A stretch of DNA of 64,000 bases from the human T2T-CHM13v2.0 reference genome, Homo sapiens. Shown piece by piece: positions 1 through 14,145 of the stretch. The position numbers and the translations under genes were made by a program. The DNA is taken from NCBI RefSeq assembly GCF_009914755.1, contig NC_060926.1; one strand, written 5' to 3'. The number at the start of each line of letters is the position of its first letter. Position 1 is the first letter of the stretch. The notes under the pieces were generated by a model, which saw nothing but the letters and a program-made list of their open reading frames with translations, made no database searches and was not told where the DNA came from.

Positions 1-544
1 AAGTGATTTTCGTCTTCCTCTCTCAAATCATCTGTATTTTTAACTCTCTGTAGCACAGATGCATTATTTGAACAAAATAAAGTATATAAGCTATGCCTTC
101 ATTTACTTGAATTTTTTTCAAAATCTATATTGTAAAAAGAAACAAAGAAATCCATGTTAGTTTATGATCTTTTTTAAAAGACCACAAATATGTACATCAA
201 AATTTTGAACACTGATTACCGCTTAAATCAGCCTGCTTGAATTCAAGTCACAGTTCTGCCACCCACTTCAACAGTGTCCTCATCTGTTAAGTCGAGTTAA
301 AAAGAATATCCATCTCATAGGGTCGTGAGAATTAAAATAATACATGAAAAGTCTTAGAACGGTGTCTTGTATCTAGAAAGAGCCCAACAAATGTTATCTA
401 TTATGAATATTAATAACAGTAAGATTTTTAAATAGTGGTTATCTGAGTGGTGGGATTTTATCGAGGTCTTTTTGTTTTTCTGTATCTTGAAAAGTTTTCC
501 ACAGAGAACATGCAATACCTCGATAATAATAAGATAGTGTAATT

Positions 545-735
545 TGGAAGAGAGAGAGGAAGGAGAGAAGGAAGGAGGGAGGGAGGAAAGGAAGGAAGCA
601 GGAAAGGAAGGAAGGAGGGAGAGAGAGAAGGAAGGAGGGAGGGAAGGAGGGAGGAAAGGAAGGAAGGAGAGAAGGAAGGAAGGAAAGAAGGAGGGAAGGA
701 GGGAGGGAGGGAAGGAAAGAAGGAAGAAAGGCAGC
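545..735 (+). repeat. GA-rich low-complexity / interrupted (GGAA)n-(GGGA)n purine tract
   Basis: ~190 nt almost entirely of G and A (gaaggaaggagggagggaggaaag...). It explains the low-complexity ORFs at 354-762. Confidence 0.95.
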
Positions 736-783
736 AAAGCAAATGTAGTTCTGCTGTTTTAGACCTCTATTAAATTTCCATCA

Positions 784-1101
<318 letters not shown>

Positions 1102-3998
1102 CTATTTTACCCATAGTTGTAATAGTTGTGGCTGTGGCAGTTATAGCCTATGTCCCCTGGAGGTCTTACTGATAGCATGGCAAACATTCTCACCTCCAGG
1201 AAACCCCCTCCATCTCCTCTCCTGCTTGGCTAACTCTTCCTCATCCTTCACATCCTCAGCACCTTCCTTGGCCTATCCCACTCCCTGCACACGCCTGGCC
1301 TATGCCGTTCCTGTGGGGCCTCTTTCCTTCTGGGGTTGTGTGGTTTACTGTCCAGATGTCTGGTAAGTGGGAACTGGAGCCCAAGCCTTGTCTCTCAGGG
1401 GCCCATTGTGGTGTCTGCCAGTCAGCGAGCATCCCCTCCCTCTCTCCCAGCACGCTGCCTCTGCTCACACTTCATCTTTGTTCCCTTTGACTTCAGCATG
1501 CATGCAGTCCCGTTCTCAAGGCCTAGGCTCACACTGAACTGCAGCTTCCTTCCATGTCTTTCAGTTCACATTTCTAAAAGGGAGCATCTGGTTGGCCTAG
1601 GGCCTCTTTTTGAGCCTCTTCACAGGTCAAGGGAGGGTTGGCTGCAAAGGGCTGTGTCTGGGGGCCTGGACTGATGTTGCAGGATGGGGCAGAGACAGAC
1701 AGGGCTGTCCCCAGGACTGGGTAGGGGTGATGGGTGGGCTGCAGCCTGGGAGAAGCATCCATGTGCCTTTGTGGAGGCAGAAGGAGAAAGAAGAGCTAAA
1801 ACCAAAGGCTCCCTGGACACACTGGAAACCCAGACATGGATGTGGGAGAAAGGAACCTCTCTGACTCTCCTTTCCTTTGGTGGGGACGGGCCATAGATTG
1901 AGTCAAAAAGTGGGTGAGGAAGGCCTGAATTTCTGTGTGAGAACCAAGGGTAGTGGCCACCTTGTTCTTTTCATGTCATGGCCGCAGAGTCCGTGGTCCC
2001 TTCCCAATGGCTTTCCTGAGTTGTAAAAATGCAAGTGTAAGTGGCAATCTGACAATTCCAAAGGGCACTGCTTAGGGGAGGTGGGTAGAGAGGGCTTCTT
2101 GGAAGACATGAGACTAAAACACGCCTTGAAGGTTGAGCAGGGTTGGCATTGGTGGGGAGAAAGAAGGCACGCTAGCTGGCCAAAACCTTGTGAGCAAAAG
2201 CACTGAGCGGGGAATGGGCATGGGGTGGGAATGCGGATTCCAGCTAGCTTGGTAGTTTGTGGTCTGTTAGAGAGAGGTGGGTGAGACCAGATAACAGATG
2301 CCTTTGAAGCAGAGGGGCTTACATGGAGCCACTCTCCTGGGGGCAAGTGTCTACATTATCAGGCCCCTGTTCTCAATAGTAGGCATCTGAGACTTCTCCA
2401 GGCTTCTCCCTGCCACTGACGGCCACCATCCAGGGGATCCAGTTGAGAGGCCCCTCCTGCAGTGCTTTCCACACTCATCACATCCTTCAGCTGGCCGGAT
2501 TTCCTGACTGTCCTCTTAACCTAATCAATCCATTTCCTAGTGTGCCTGGAGACCATCTGCTGTAGAGGGGAGTGAGATAACAGACATAAGCACTACTCTC
2601 AACGTCTTAAGAGCTGCTCAGGGGAGATAGACATGGGTAGAGAAGTTTCATGTTAAAGGAGGTGCTCCTGACCTGGAATACAACAGGGCTTTGGGGTGGG
2701 GGGATGAGGATTGAAGCCAGGAGGGCCTCTCTACAGGGACAGCTCTCCTGGGCTGACACTGAGGTGCAGCCCTCACAGGCTCCAGGCATGGTCCCACCTC
2801 CCTGCTTTGCCACACTCACTCTGCCCCCTGCCCATTACCAAATATCCCTCCCTTTTGGGGCCCTTAGTTCAAATGCCTGAGAGAGCCTCATTGAGCCTGA
2901 GCCTGGCCCCAAATCAAGTTCAGTAATAAGCCCAAGGGGACCACCCTGATGCAATCGGCTGTGACCAGAAGGAAGGCCACGGGGTTCACCTAGGACCAGT
3001 AGGGGGTGGGTGGAGGTGTGGGCACAGCAGGCAGGGACACAGAAAATTTTTGCATGTATCTAATTATTTCTTCATTTAATATACTGTCCCATGAGAAAGT
3101 GTTGCTGAAATTTCTTTCATTTTGCCATTTATGGTTTTTGAAAAACATAAGTTTAGTAATATGGCCACTATTTATTGGAAATAAACATTTATACTAAATT
3201 GTTTTTCTGAAGTAGTAGGGGAAAATGTATTACCTTAGTTACCATGAACTTTTTTTTTTCTTAAAAGAATTTTTTTCCACTTTGAAACCTTTGGGGGTTA
3301 CTTATTGGCATAATTTCTCCATTCTCTCTCGAATGGTTTAAAAATATTTATCACTTCTTTCAGATGACAAAGCATGAAATGCTTATTTAACCTTTGATGG
3401 GAAAGAGAAGAATGTCTATAGTTTCAATTAGAAGCTCCTTAGAAAACCAGTGCCTGTAATACTTAGCCCATTGTTTACATTTTGTTAAAATTTATAAACA
3501 AAAGGTGAATTCAAATTTGGAAACCAAAATCAGCCAAGACCTCACTGCACCAGCCACCTGTATATTTCAAAAAATAGCTTGACACATCTTTCCATGTTTG
3601 AATAACCTGCAGAAGCCCCTCAATCATGACCAATAATCCAACACATTTTCAACAATTCTGGAGTTTCCAGTATCCCTTCACTCCACTTACAAATGTTTTG
3701 AAAATTTGCCAGCTTTTCAGAGATGCATCAATAGTGTCATACAAATAATTGACAGTACTGAGATCACTTCAGAGTTCTTTCATATCCCAACACATCTCAA
3801 CACCAATAAATCCCCAAGATGTACATGACAATGTGTGTATAAAGCTCTTGGCTCATCTTCCATAAACGTTGTGGCAACACATTAAATCTTCCACTTGTGT
3901 CAGCAGCTCCAGTGTAGACACAGCCATACACTTTATTAAAATCAGCTTCCAAAATAATTGGGTGTGAGAGCCTCCCAGTGATACTATCTATACCCATG

Positions 3999-4403
3999 TG
4001 ATATGGTTTGAATGTGTGTGCCTTCCAAATCTCTGTTGAAATGTGATCCCCAATGTTGGACGTGGGGCTTCATGGAGGTATTGAATCATAGGGGTGGATC
4101 CCTCATGAATGGCTATGTTCCCCCCTCTTGGTAATGGGTGAGTTCTTACTCTGAGTTCTAGTTGTTTAAAAGACTCTAGGACCTCCCCTCACCCCTTACT
4201 CCCCCTCTCACCATGTGACACGCCTGCTCCCACTTTGACATCCACCATTAGTGAAAGCTCCCTGAAGCCTCACCAGAAGCTGAGCAGATGCTGGAGCCAG
4301 GCTCGCACAGCCTGCAGAACTATGAGCCAAATAAACCTCTTTTCTTTATAAATTACGCAGTCTCAGGTATTTCTTTATAGCAACACAAAAACAGACTAAC
4401 ACA
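3999..4403 (+). mobile_element. Solo LTR, ERVL-MaLR (MSTA/MSTB-like)
   Basis: TG...CA termini: TGATATGGTTTGAATGTG...GATCCCCAATGTTGG and ...GCCAAATAAACCTCTTTTCTTTATAAATTAC...TTTATAGCAACACAAAAACAGACTAACACA, typical of MST LTRs. Confidence 0.85.
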
Positions 4404-4592
4404 TCATAGCACCTGTGAAGGGCTGTTTAATTAAGATGGCCTTGGACATTTTCTGCAGGGAGCTTGCACAGGTTGAGAGCTGGGCACCATTATACCCTCA
4501 GCTGTCTCATTGTATCTTATGAGTGGTTTATGGAAACAATGCCCATGTATATTATTTCATTAAGGTACATGGTATGTACCATGTATATGCAC

Positions 4593-4755
4593 ATGCTATG
4601 TGCCAGACACTATTACTATTCTAAGTGCTTTACCTATATACACTCATTGGATCCTTCCAAAAAACTCTAAGGTAGGTTTTATGACTTATTCTCATTTTTC
4701 AGATAAAGAAAGTAGCACTGAAAGGTTAAGTAACTTTCCTAACTTTCACAAGTTT
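4593..4755 (-). mobile_element. MIR SINE fragment
   Basis: ctatgtgccagacact...ctaagtgctttac...attctcatttttcagataaagaaag...aaggttaagtaacttt resembles the reverse-complement MIR core. Confidence 0.75.
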
Positions 4756-6293
4756 GCACAATTTGTAGAAACCAACTTAAATTAGTTATAAAGTTCTCTT
4801 TTTTATTTCAAACTCAAAACACTTGCCTTCATTTGCAAATTAGATCCCCTATGCCCATGGCAGACACAATTTTCCCAGAAATAAAATATCTTCAACTTCA
4901 AATACATCCTACTTTCCTCATTAGGTTTTAGTTAGCCAGGTAATACTTTACAAAAGACAGTGTATGTCACCAAAAAGTATATGTTTACTATAAAACTACA
5001 TCAAATATAAATGCATTTTATATTTTTTCTCGTGTTCTGAAAACTTCCAGCAATTTTTTCAAGTTATGATTGTTCTTTCATTCCTGAGCTGTGTTAGCGA
5101 ACAACTAGAATGGGAACAGAATTGCATGTCTTTTATAATGCTCTGTTCCACCCATGAAAAATCCAATTACTCAGATATTTCAAAAAATGTTTTCATTTGC
5201 CTTGAACTTTTTATACTTTAAAGGTAGTCTGGGGGTGAGAAGGCCCATTCCTTCCTTTCCAATTTCAAACCATGTGCAGAATCTTGGCTTAAAATGTGTT
5301 ACTCCCTCTACCCACCCTTATGTCAACTCTGATTTCCTCTTGATGATGAAATATTTGACTACTCCTCACTATTACTATTGGCATCATAACTTGATGATAA
5401 ACTCTTGGAAATTTTTGTGAAAAATAGAAACTCAAACCTTTGTTTTGACATCACTTTTTAGATTCCTGTGATTTAAGTATTTATTTAGAATTGCTCAGTG
5501 ATTGTGTTCCATCTACAAGAAGAGAATGCCAATGACAGATTCTCTAACACTTCTTGTTAAGACACTTTCCATGTTTTCTCAGTTATTTTCTAACAAGATT
5601 AATGTCCCAAAGCAAGGCTCTTTCAGCCTAGTGGCATACTCCTGCTATAGCCTAGAAACCATGGATTTAAGGTTTTTCTACAGACTGTTTTTATTAAGAA
5701 ACTGTTTTATTGCTATTTAATGATCTTTTGTCCTAGTTTTTTAAATTCTATTTTTTTCTCTTTTACTAATTTGGAAGTAGTAGCCCATTTCTATTCCTTC
5801 GATGGCATATTTCATTTCTCTAAATCTAAAGTTAATCATAATCTTTACTCTCCTTTAGAAAAATGTACGATCCAAATGTACTTTAACTTTGATCAACACA
5901 CTACCCCAACTTAGATGCTGTTGTTGTTCAATACTTATTTCTATTTTTTTAGTCCCACAAATTATGCAATGACATTACTGTTTTATATAGTCAATATTTA
6001 TTTATATTGTATTAACTTTACTCACTATTCATCCTTTCACCTCAAACTTTTCTTCTACAATAATTTTCTTTCTGCCTAAAATTCCTTTAATGAGGGTCAG
6101 TTGGTAGAAATTTTCATTTCTGATTTGTTTGAAAATGTCTTTATTTCACCCTTATTTTGAAAGACAATTTTTGCCAGAAATACAATTCTAAGTTGTAAGT
6201 TATTTTCTCTCAGTGCTTTGAAGATATATCCCACTCTCTCCTGGCATCCACTGTTGAGAGTTGGTTGTCAGTCCAATTGTCACTTTCTAGTAA

Positions 6294-6677
<384 letters not shown>

Positions 6678-6776
6678 TAAGATCCTTTTTCCTTACGCAT
6701 TCTACAGTTACATTGCCTATATGTAGATTTGTCTATCTTGTTGAATTTCAATGGGCTTTCTTATTTCAAGGATTGG

Positions 6777-7199
6777 TGTCTTAGTTAATTTTTTGTGGTT
6801 TATAATGGAATACCTGAAACTAGGTAATTTATAAAGAAAATAAATTTATTTCTTACAGTTATGGAGGCTAAGTGCAAGGTTGAAGATACCACATTTGGTG
6901 AGAGTCTTTTTAGTGGTGGAGACTCTCCGCCGAGTCCCAAGGCAGCAAAGGGCATCACATGGAGAGGAAGCTGAGATGCTAGTTCAGGTCTCTCTTTCTC
7001 TTCTTATAAAGCTACCAGTCTCACTCCCATGATAACTCATTAACCCATTACTCCATTAATGGATTAGTCTACTCATGAGGACAGAGCCGTTATCCCTTAT
7101 GACCTATCACATCTTAAAGGCTCTACGCTTTCATACTGCCACTTTGGAGATTAAATTTCAACCTGAGTTTTGAAGGGGACAAACATTCATACCATAGCA
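6777..7199 (-). mobile_element. Solo LTR, ERVL-MaLR (MST-type)
   Basis: TGTCTTAGT...AATTTATAAAGAAAATAAATTTATTTCTTACAGTTATGGAGGC...GACAAACATTCATACCATAGCA. 5-bp TSD-like flanks ATTGG / ACTGG. Confidence 0.85.
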
Positions 7200-7697
7200 A
7201 CTGGCTTATCAATTTTTAAAAAATTCTTAGCCATTAGCTCTTCAAAGGAAGCCTCTCCCTGAGTCCCTCTGTTTTCTACTTCTAGAACCCTGGTTAGATA
7301 CACGATAATCCTTTGGACACAACACTCCATCTCTCGTAACCTCTTGATGTACCCTGCAGCTTTGCCTCTCTATGTGCTGCATTTCCTCAGCTCTTCTGAT
7401 TTCTAGTTCATGAATTCTCTCTTCTGCTACATCTAATCTGCTAACTTCTTATTGAGTTGCTAATTTCAGTTATTATAATTTTTATTTCTCTTTGGTCCTT
7501 TTCCAAATCAGCTGGGTCCTCTGTTTACACTGAGTTGTAATTTATATTCTGTAAGATGCACAAATCTGAAGTGTATATCTTGATGAATTTTCCCCTACGT
7601 GTACATCCATGTAAGCACCAGGTTAAAATATAAACATTTCCAGGACCTCAGAACATTCGACTGTGCCACTTTCCAGTCAATAATTCATCAGAGATAA

Positions 7698-8011
<314 letters not shown>

Positions 8012-8162
8012 CTGCTATTCTGACTTTTATCAATGTAGATTAATTTTGCCTGTTCTAAGGTACCATATAAATGGAATCTTACAGCATATATATTTTTCTG
8101 TCTAGCTTCTTTTACCCAATAATGTATTTAAGATTTATCCATGTTGTTGCATGAATCAATAG

Positions 8163-8623
<461 letters not shown>

Positions 8624-9597
8624 TAACTTTATTTCAAACTGTCAAATAACTTTCCAGAGTTGTACCATTTTGCACTCTTATGCAAGGTATTAGTTTCTTT
8701 TTAATAACCTCTTTTATTTTGTGACATATTAAACCTAATTATTTTATAGTCTATATTTGATAATTCTAACATAGGTGGTCTTTTTGCAGGTCTCATTCTG
8801 CAGTTTGTGATAGTTTATTTTCCTGCATATTTGATGACTTTTGATTATGAGTTTATCTTTCTCGGAACTTTATCTGGGGGAATCGTTTGGCTATCAAATG
8901 TATTCCTCTAGAAGAGGAATAAATACACTTGTTTTCTTCTTCCAAGACATACTAAATTTTCAGCCTGGGGTCTTTTAGGGGCTCCTAAAATGTTTGGTCC
9001 CACATCCAAGTGAGAATGGGGCTGTGGTTAGAAACTCTGAGGAAAACATGTTTTCTTTTTTTCCCCTCTACACAGAGCCAAAGCTGAGCCAGGCACATAT
9101 GCCCACCACCTCCCTTTGTTGGGGTGAAATTTTTTCTCATTCACTCAGTAAGGATGTCACCTTTCGGGAATCTTTGATCTGATTTCCTGCCTTGGATGAA
9201 TCCCAAGTGTTATTCCTCCCACTTGGAGCCCTTTACAACCCAAGCTCCGGGCCACCAGAGAATTGAAGTTTGTTCCAACACACACTGCAGCTTCAGAACT
9301 CATTTCCTTGTCTCAATTCAAGCTTTCTACAATCTCTGGGAAACTGGGGATTTTTCTTTATTTTTGTGACAGTTCAACCATCATTCTAAAAGATATTTTT
9401 AAGACTAGCAAAAGATTATTAACTAATGTTGAATGGTAAATATATGGAAGTTTGTTATACTGTTCTCTCTACAAAATATGTTTAAAATTTCATGTAATAA
9501 AAGTTTCCTTTTAAAAAAAATTCCCGATAGAGATTCACAGTGAGATATTTAGGACTGAAATATCATGATGGCTGTAATTTACTTGAAAATACTTCAA

Positions 9598-9866
9598 GGC
9601 AGGCACAGTGGCTCATGCCTGTAATCCCAGCACTTTGGGAGGCAAAGATGGGAGGATTGCTTGAGGCAAGAAGTTCAAGACTAGCCTGCACAACATGGTG
9701 AGAACCCCATCTCTCCAAATAATAATAATAACAAAATTAGCCCAATGCAGTGGTGTACCAGCAGTCCCAGCTACTTGGGAGGCTGAGCCCAGGAGTTTGA
9801 GGAGGCAGTGAAGTATGATTGTGCCACAGCACTCCAGCCCAGGTGACAGAGTGAGACCCTATTTCT

Positions 9867-9903
<37 letters not shown>

Positions 9904-9904
9904 A
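9598..9904 (+). mobile_element. Alu SINE (AluJ-like) with (TAAA)n tail
   Basis: GGCAGGCACAGTGGCTCATGCCTGTAATCCCAGCACTTTGGGAGG..., (TAAA)n tail at ~9868-9904, TSD-like aaaatacttca / aaaatactcca. Confidence 0.93.
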
Positions 9905-10740
9905 ATACTCCAGAGAAAAAAGGATGAGGCAAAATGGAAAAACGTTAATAATTGTAAAATCTAGGTTACACGGTATGTGGGTGCTCGTTATACTATTTTG
10001 TCTACCTTTATGTAAGTTTGGAAATTTTTATAATAAAAAGTCAAAATAAAACAAGTTCTTAGATGTTCTGTACTGGGAAGGCTCTCTGGACCTCTAGTGT
10101 ACTGTATTATTAGAAACAAATTTGACATCATGTTCAGATAATTACACTCACAAAGAAAGAATCTACAAATGACTCTGGCCAAATTATTCAACAACTCAGA
10201 AAAGATACGAAATGCCTGTGCTGTGTAATACAAAGTTGTTCAGATCCAGATATGAACAAATAAATTTGTGTAAGTGGGCAGTTGGGGAGGTAGGCAGGTC
10301 AGCAGGCCAGCAGAACAACAAAATAGGTAGGGATGGGCCTACTGAAGTGTCTTGACATTGAGCTATACCAAATGGCCCCATTTTTTCATTGCATTTCATG
10401 GCCCAGATGTCTGCTGGTTGATAGTCCCATCCATGTAATAGTAAAATCACACTTCCTCCCTCCCATAGGTCCAGCCCCTCTAGTTTTAGGAAGGGGAAGC
10501 CATCTCCCAGCTCCAGCCCAAATCTCACCTGCTCTCATTCACCTCCTATTTATGCCCAAGATTCAGTGTGCCCATTCCAGAACTCCTAGGGGCTGAGCTT
10601 GCCTGGAGCCCCATTGAGCCAATCTCTCACTACATAATCATCTGATGCAAGTACATTTCCCAAAGTCCAAAAATTCCTTCTAAACTGAAATTCTGAGTGA
10701 GCATTCAGCAGAATAGCTCAGGGTGGGCTTTGGCAATTCA

Positions 10741-11000
<260 letters not shown>

Positions 11001-11234
11001 TCATTTTCCAGTTCTATGGAGAACAATTTGAATCAGAATGCATACACACTCCCAAGAAGGAACCCTAATTTTCAGAGACAGAGCTGACTAGACCCAAATG
11101 TTGAAAAGAAACATTTCCCTAAGTTAAATTAACCTGCAAAAATGACATCCTGTTATAGAGAAGACATTTATACATTATGCAGAACACTTGAGCTTGTGGT
11201 CTCTAATAGATTCCATTAAAGAATTAAGTCTTTG

Positions 11235-11306
11235 GTTTATCTTTGCAAAAATGAGGCATCCGTTGAAGTGGTTTATCTTTGCGTTTACAAGGCATCCATT
11301 GAAGTG
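11235..11306. repeat. 36-bp tandem duplication (2 copies)
   Basis: GTTTATCTTTGC-aaaaatg-AGGCATCC-g-TTGAAGTG followed directly by GTTTATCTTTGC-gtttaca-AGGCATCC-a-TTGAAGTG. Confidence 0.85.
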
Positions 11307-11865
11307 TTTTTTTTTTTTCAGAAGAAAGGGATATTTGCTCCAAGTTCACACATTTTATGTAATAGAGTCACACTAGAAACTCTGAATTTATAGTCCTTCC
11401 CACTCAAGAGTTTAGCCAATTATTGGGCAGGCTCCCAGTTCAAAGTGTCTGGGTTTCCGTTCCCAGCAGTCAGAGGCTCTGCAAGAAGCATCTTCTTCCA
11501 ACATGGGGCCTAGGATGGGAAGCCCACCCTGAGGGTCAGGCAAGAATTCCACCTATCTTGGGAGGTACGGCAAACCCTACAGGGCAAGGACTGTATATTC
11601 TTTACGTTCTATTATGATGAAAACTTGCATTTTTACACACCTCAGAACAAATGGAACCTTGAGTCATGTTTCTCACATTTTTATATTCAGTCAACAAATC
11701 TTTAATGAACATTTATTATATGCCAGACAACCGTGTTGTGTTGGAAACACAGCAGTGAACAAAATAGACGTTCTCATGAAGTTGGCATTCTAAATAGTTG
11801 ACTATGTGCACTATTGAAAATTTTCCTCCTCTCAGAAGTTGGACTGATACATGCTCTGGAGTAAT

Positions 11866-12162
11866 TTTTTTTTTTTTTGAGACAGGGTCTCACTCTGTTA
11901 ACCTAGGCTGGAGTATAGTGATTTGATCATGGCTGACTGCAGGCTTGAACTTTTAGGCTCAAGTGATTCTCCCACCTCAGCTTCCAGAGTAGCTGGGACT
12001 ACAGGCATGCACCACCACACCTGGCTAATATTTTTAATTTTTTGTAGAGACAGGGTCTCGCTATGTTGCCCAGGCTGGTCTCGAACTCCTGGCCTCAAGC
12101 AGTCTTTCTGCCACAGCCTCCCAAAGTGCTGAGATTATAGGTGTGAGCCATTGTACCTGGCT
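11866..12162 (-). mobile_element. Alu SINE (AluJ-like)
   Basis: Poly-T followed by an antisense Alu. 9-bp TSD TGGAGTAAT at 11857-11865 and 12163-12171. Confidence 0.95.
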
Positions 12163-13075
12163 TGGAGTAATGTTTTTGAGCAAAGCAAATGTACAGGACA
12201 TGCACAGAGAGGCACAGGGAGCACAGAGTCCCTGGATGAATGCTCTGGCTGGTGGCAGTATTGTCACAGGGCAGGCTACCCAAAGGTGAGCAGAACACAT
12301 GAGGCTAGACAGGTACAACTTGCTCATGAAGAGCCTCGAATGCCAAGCTTAGGAGTTTGAACTTTATTGGAACACTGACACTAATAGTTAATGTTTACTG
12401 AGTGCTTACTATGTGCTAAGAGCTATGCATGAATCACCTCATTCTAATTCTCTTAACTCTCCACAGCAGGTCTTATTATTTCCAGATTGCTGATGAAAAA
12501 CTGAGTCACAGAGAGGTAAAAAAAAAAAACAAAAACACCCTGGGTCCAGAGTTGTGTGAAAAAATTTTAACAGGTTAGAGTTGTGTTGTAGAAATCTGGT
12601 AGCCAGCCACGTGTAAGACGAATTGTAGAAAGGAGAGATCACAAATGGCTATCATAAGAGAATCACTGGGAAAAGGTAATAAGAACCCAAATTAGAGGCA
12701 AGGAGAACAGAAAGAAATGAAAGAATGCAAAGACTGACTGGATGTGCACAGCAGTGACCGAGAGAAAGGAGGTATCACAGGTGCCTCTTAGCTGCTAAGC
12801 CTGGGTGTCCTGCAGAAAGGGGCAGCTATTATCAGAAGAGAGAAGCCAGAGAGAGGCACAGATTTGGTGGGGATGATGTTGAGCTCCGTTTGGGGGTATG
12901 GTGAGTGTCTAGGGGGCCTGTAGGAACCCCTCCAGAAAAATTCTCACAAGCATTTGAAAATCAGTGACTTGATCTGGAGAAAAATATAGGGCTGGCATTA
13001 CAAACCTGCCGGGGTCTGCATTACAGTATTGGTTGAAAGTGTGGAAATTGATAATGATAGATGGTTGGTAGATAC

Positions 13076-13076
<1 letters not shown>

Positions 13077-13120
<44 letters not shown>
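13077..13120. repeat. (TAGA)11 tetranucleotide microsatellite
   Basis: Eleven perfect TAGA units, with degenerate units immediately upstream. Confidence 0.97.
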
Positions 13121-13855
13121 ATAAATAGCATGATACATGGAATGAGGGAAGGGCTAAGGATAAAGATGCCTTCATGGATGCCCACAGTTAGGAGAAGAAA
13201 GTAGAGCCCATGAAGGAACAACTCCCAGAGTTTGCAGATCCAGGCAAGTATCTTGTTCAGAAAATAAAGGGAAGGGAGTTTCCAAAAGAAAAGGGGGTTG
13301 AAGGTACTCAGATGCTGAGGAGCCTATAAACAATTGTGACTAAAAAAGACTCAAATTTGGAAATAAGGTGTCCTAATGAACATTTCAGAGGATGGAGAGA
13401 GATTCTTAAAGTCAGCCTTTGGAAGAATAACTATATAGAACACTTCCAGAGGCCAAACTAGTGACAATGGATCAAAAGAATTAAAATATTGCATATCTGG
13501 AAATTACACAGCTAGAAATATGTAGAAAAGAAACACAAACATGCGGTAAGATACAGCTATGGAGCTGTTTGTCGAAATTTTGTTAAAACAGTGAAAATCT
13601 GTAAACTGTATTAATGTCCAACAATAAAAAATATTTAATGAGAGGCAAAGATGCTTTGATTGGTTATAAAGATAAAGAAGTTACAATACTATGTACAGTA
13701 TGATCCTTTTTTTAAAGGGAGGCACATATAGAAAGAACTGGAAGGATATACTGTAAGAATTTCACGATGTTTGTTTCTGGGTAGTAGGATTTGACAATTA
13801 TAAGATCTCTGTTTTCCCTTCACTCCCCCCTTTTGGATTATCTGTATTTTTTATA

Positions 13856-14145
13856 ACTCTGTCCAATAGACATATAATGTGAGACACATAATTTTAAATG
13901 TTCTAGTGGCCACATTTAAAAAGTAGAAAGAAACAGATAAAATAATCTTCTTAAGATATTTCATTTTACTCAATATATCCATTACTATGTGTAATCGATA
14001 TAAAAATATTAATATTTTAAATGTTTTAGCACTAAGCCTGTTTAACACTAAATGCAGTGGATATTCACATTTACAGAACATCTCTGTTTGGGCCATCCAC
14101 TTCTCAAGCACCACATTACCGCATTTGGCTTCTAGCACGGCTCTA
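13856..14145 (+). mobile_element. MER33-like hAT-Charlie DNA transposon fossil
   Basis: CTGTCCAATAGACATATAATGTGAG...AATTTTAAATGTTCTAGTGGCCACATTTAAAAAGTAGAAAGAAACAG...ACATTTACAGAACATCTC matches the recalled MER33 layout. Confidence 0.75.

Larger units (their letters stand above)
3040..5740 (-). pseudogene. Highly degraded ZMYM1-like (hAT transposase-derived domain) pseudogene fragment, interrupted by a MaLR LTR and a MIR
   Basis: Manual minus-strand translation gives collinear peptides broken by stops and frameshifts: HPQTTFKV*KVQGK (5237-5196), ILFLGKLCLP (~4887-4858), KAILIKQ (4443-4423), EPRALYTHCH (3854-3825), VSKFEFTFCL (3524-3495), KGFKVEK (~3292-3272). They match, in order, motifs recalled from ZMYM1 (HPKCTSKVQKVKGK, ILFLGKQCLP, KAILIKE, EPRALYIHCY, VSKFEFVFCL, KGFKVEK). 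No search was run. Confidence 0.75.

Noticed and set aside
3797-3997. 66-aa ORF as a functional small protein or active transposase
   Set aside because: It is a frameshifted scrap of the degraded ZMYM1-like pseudogene and abuts an LTR insertion.
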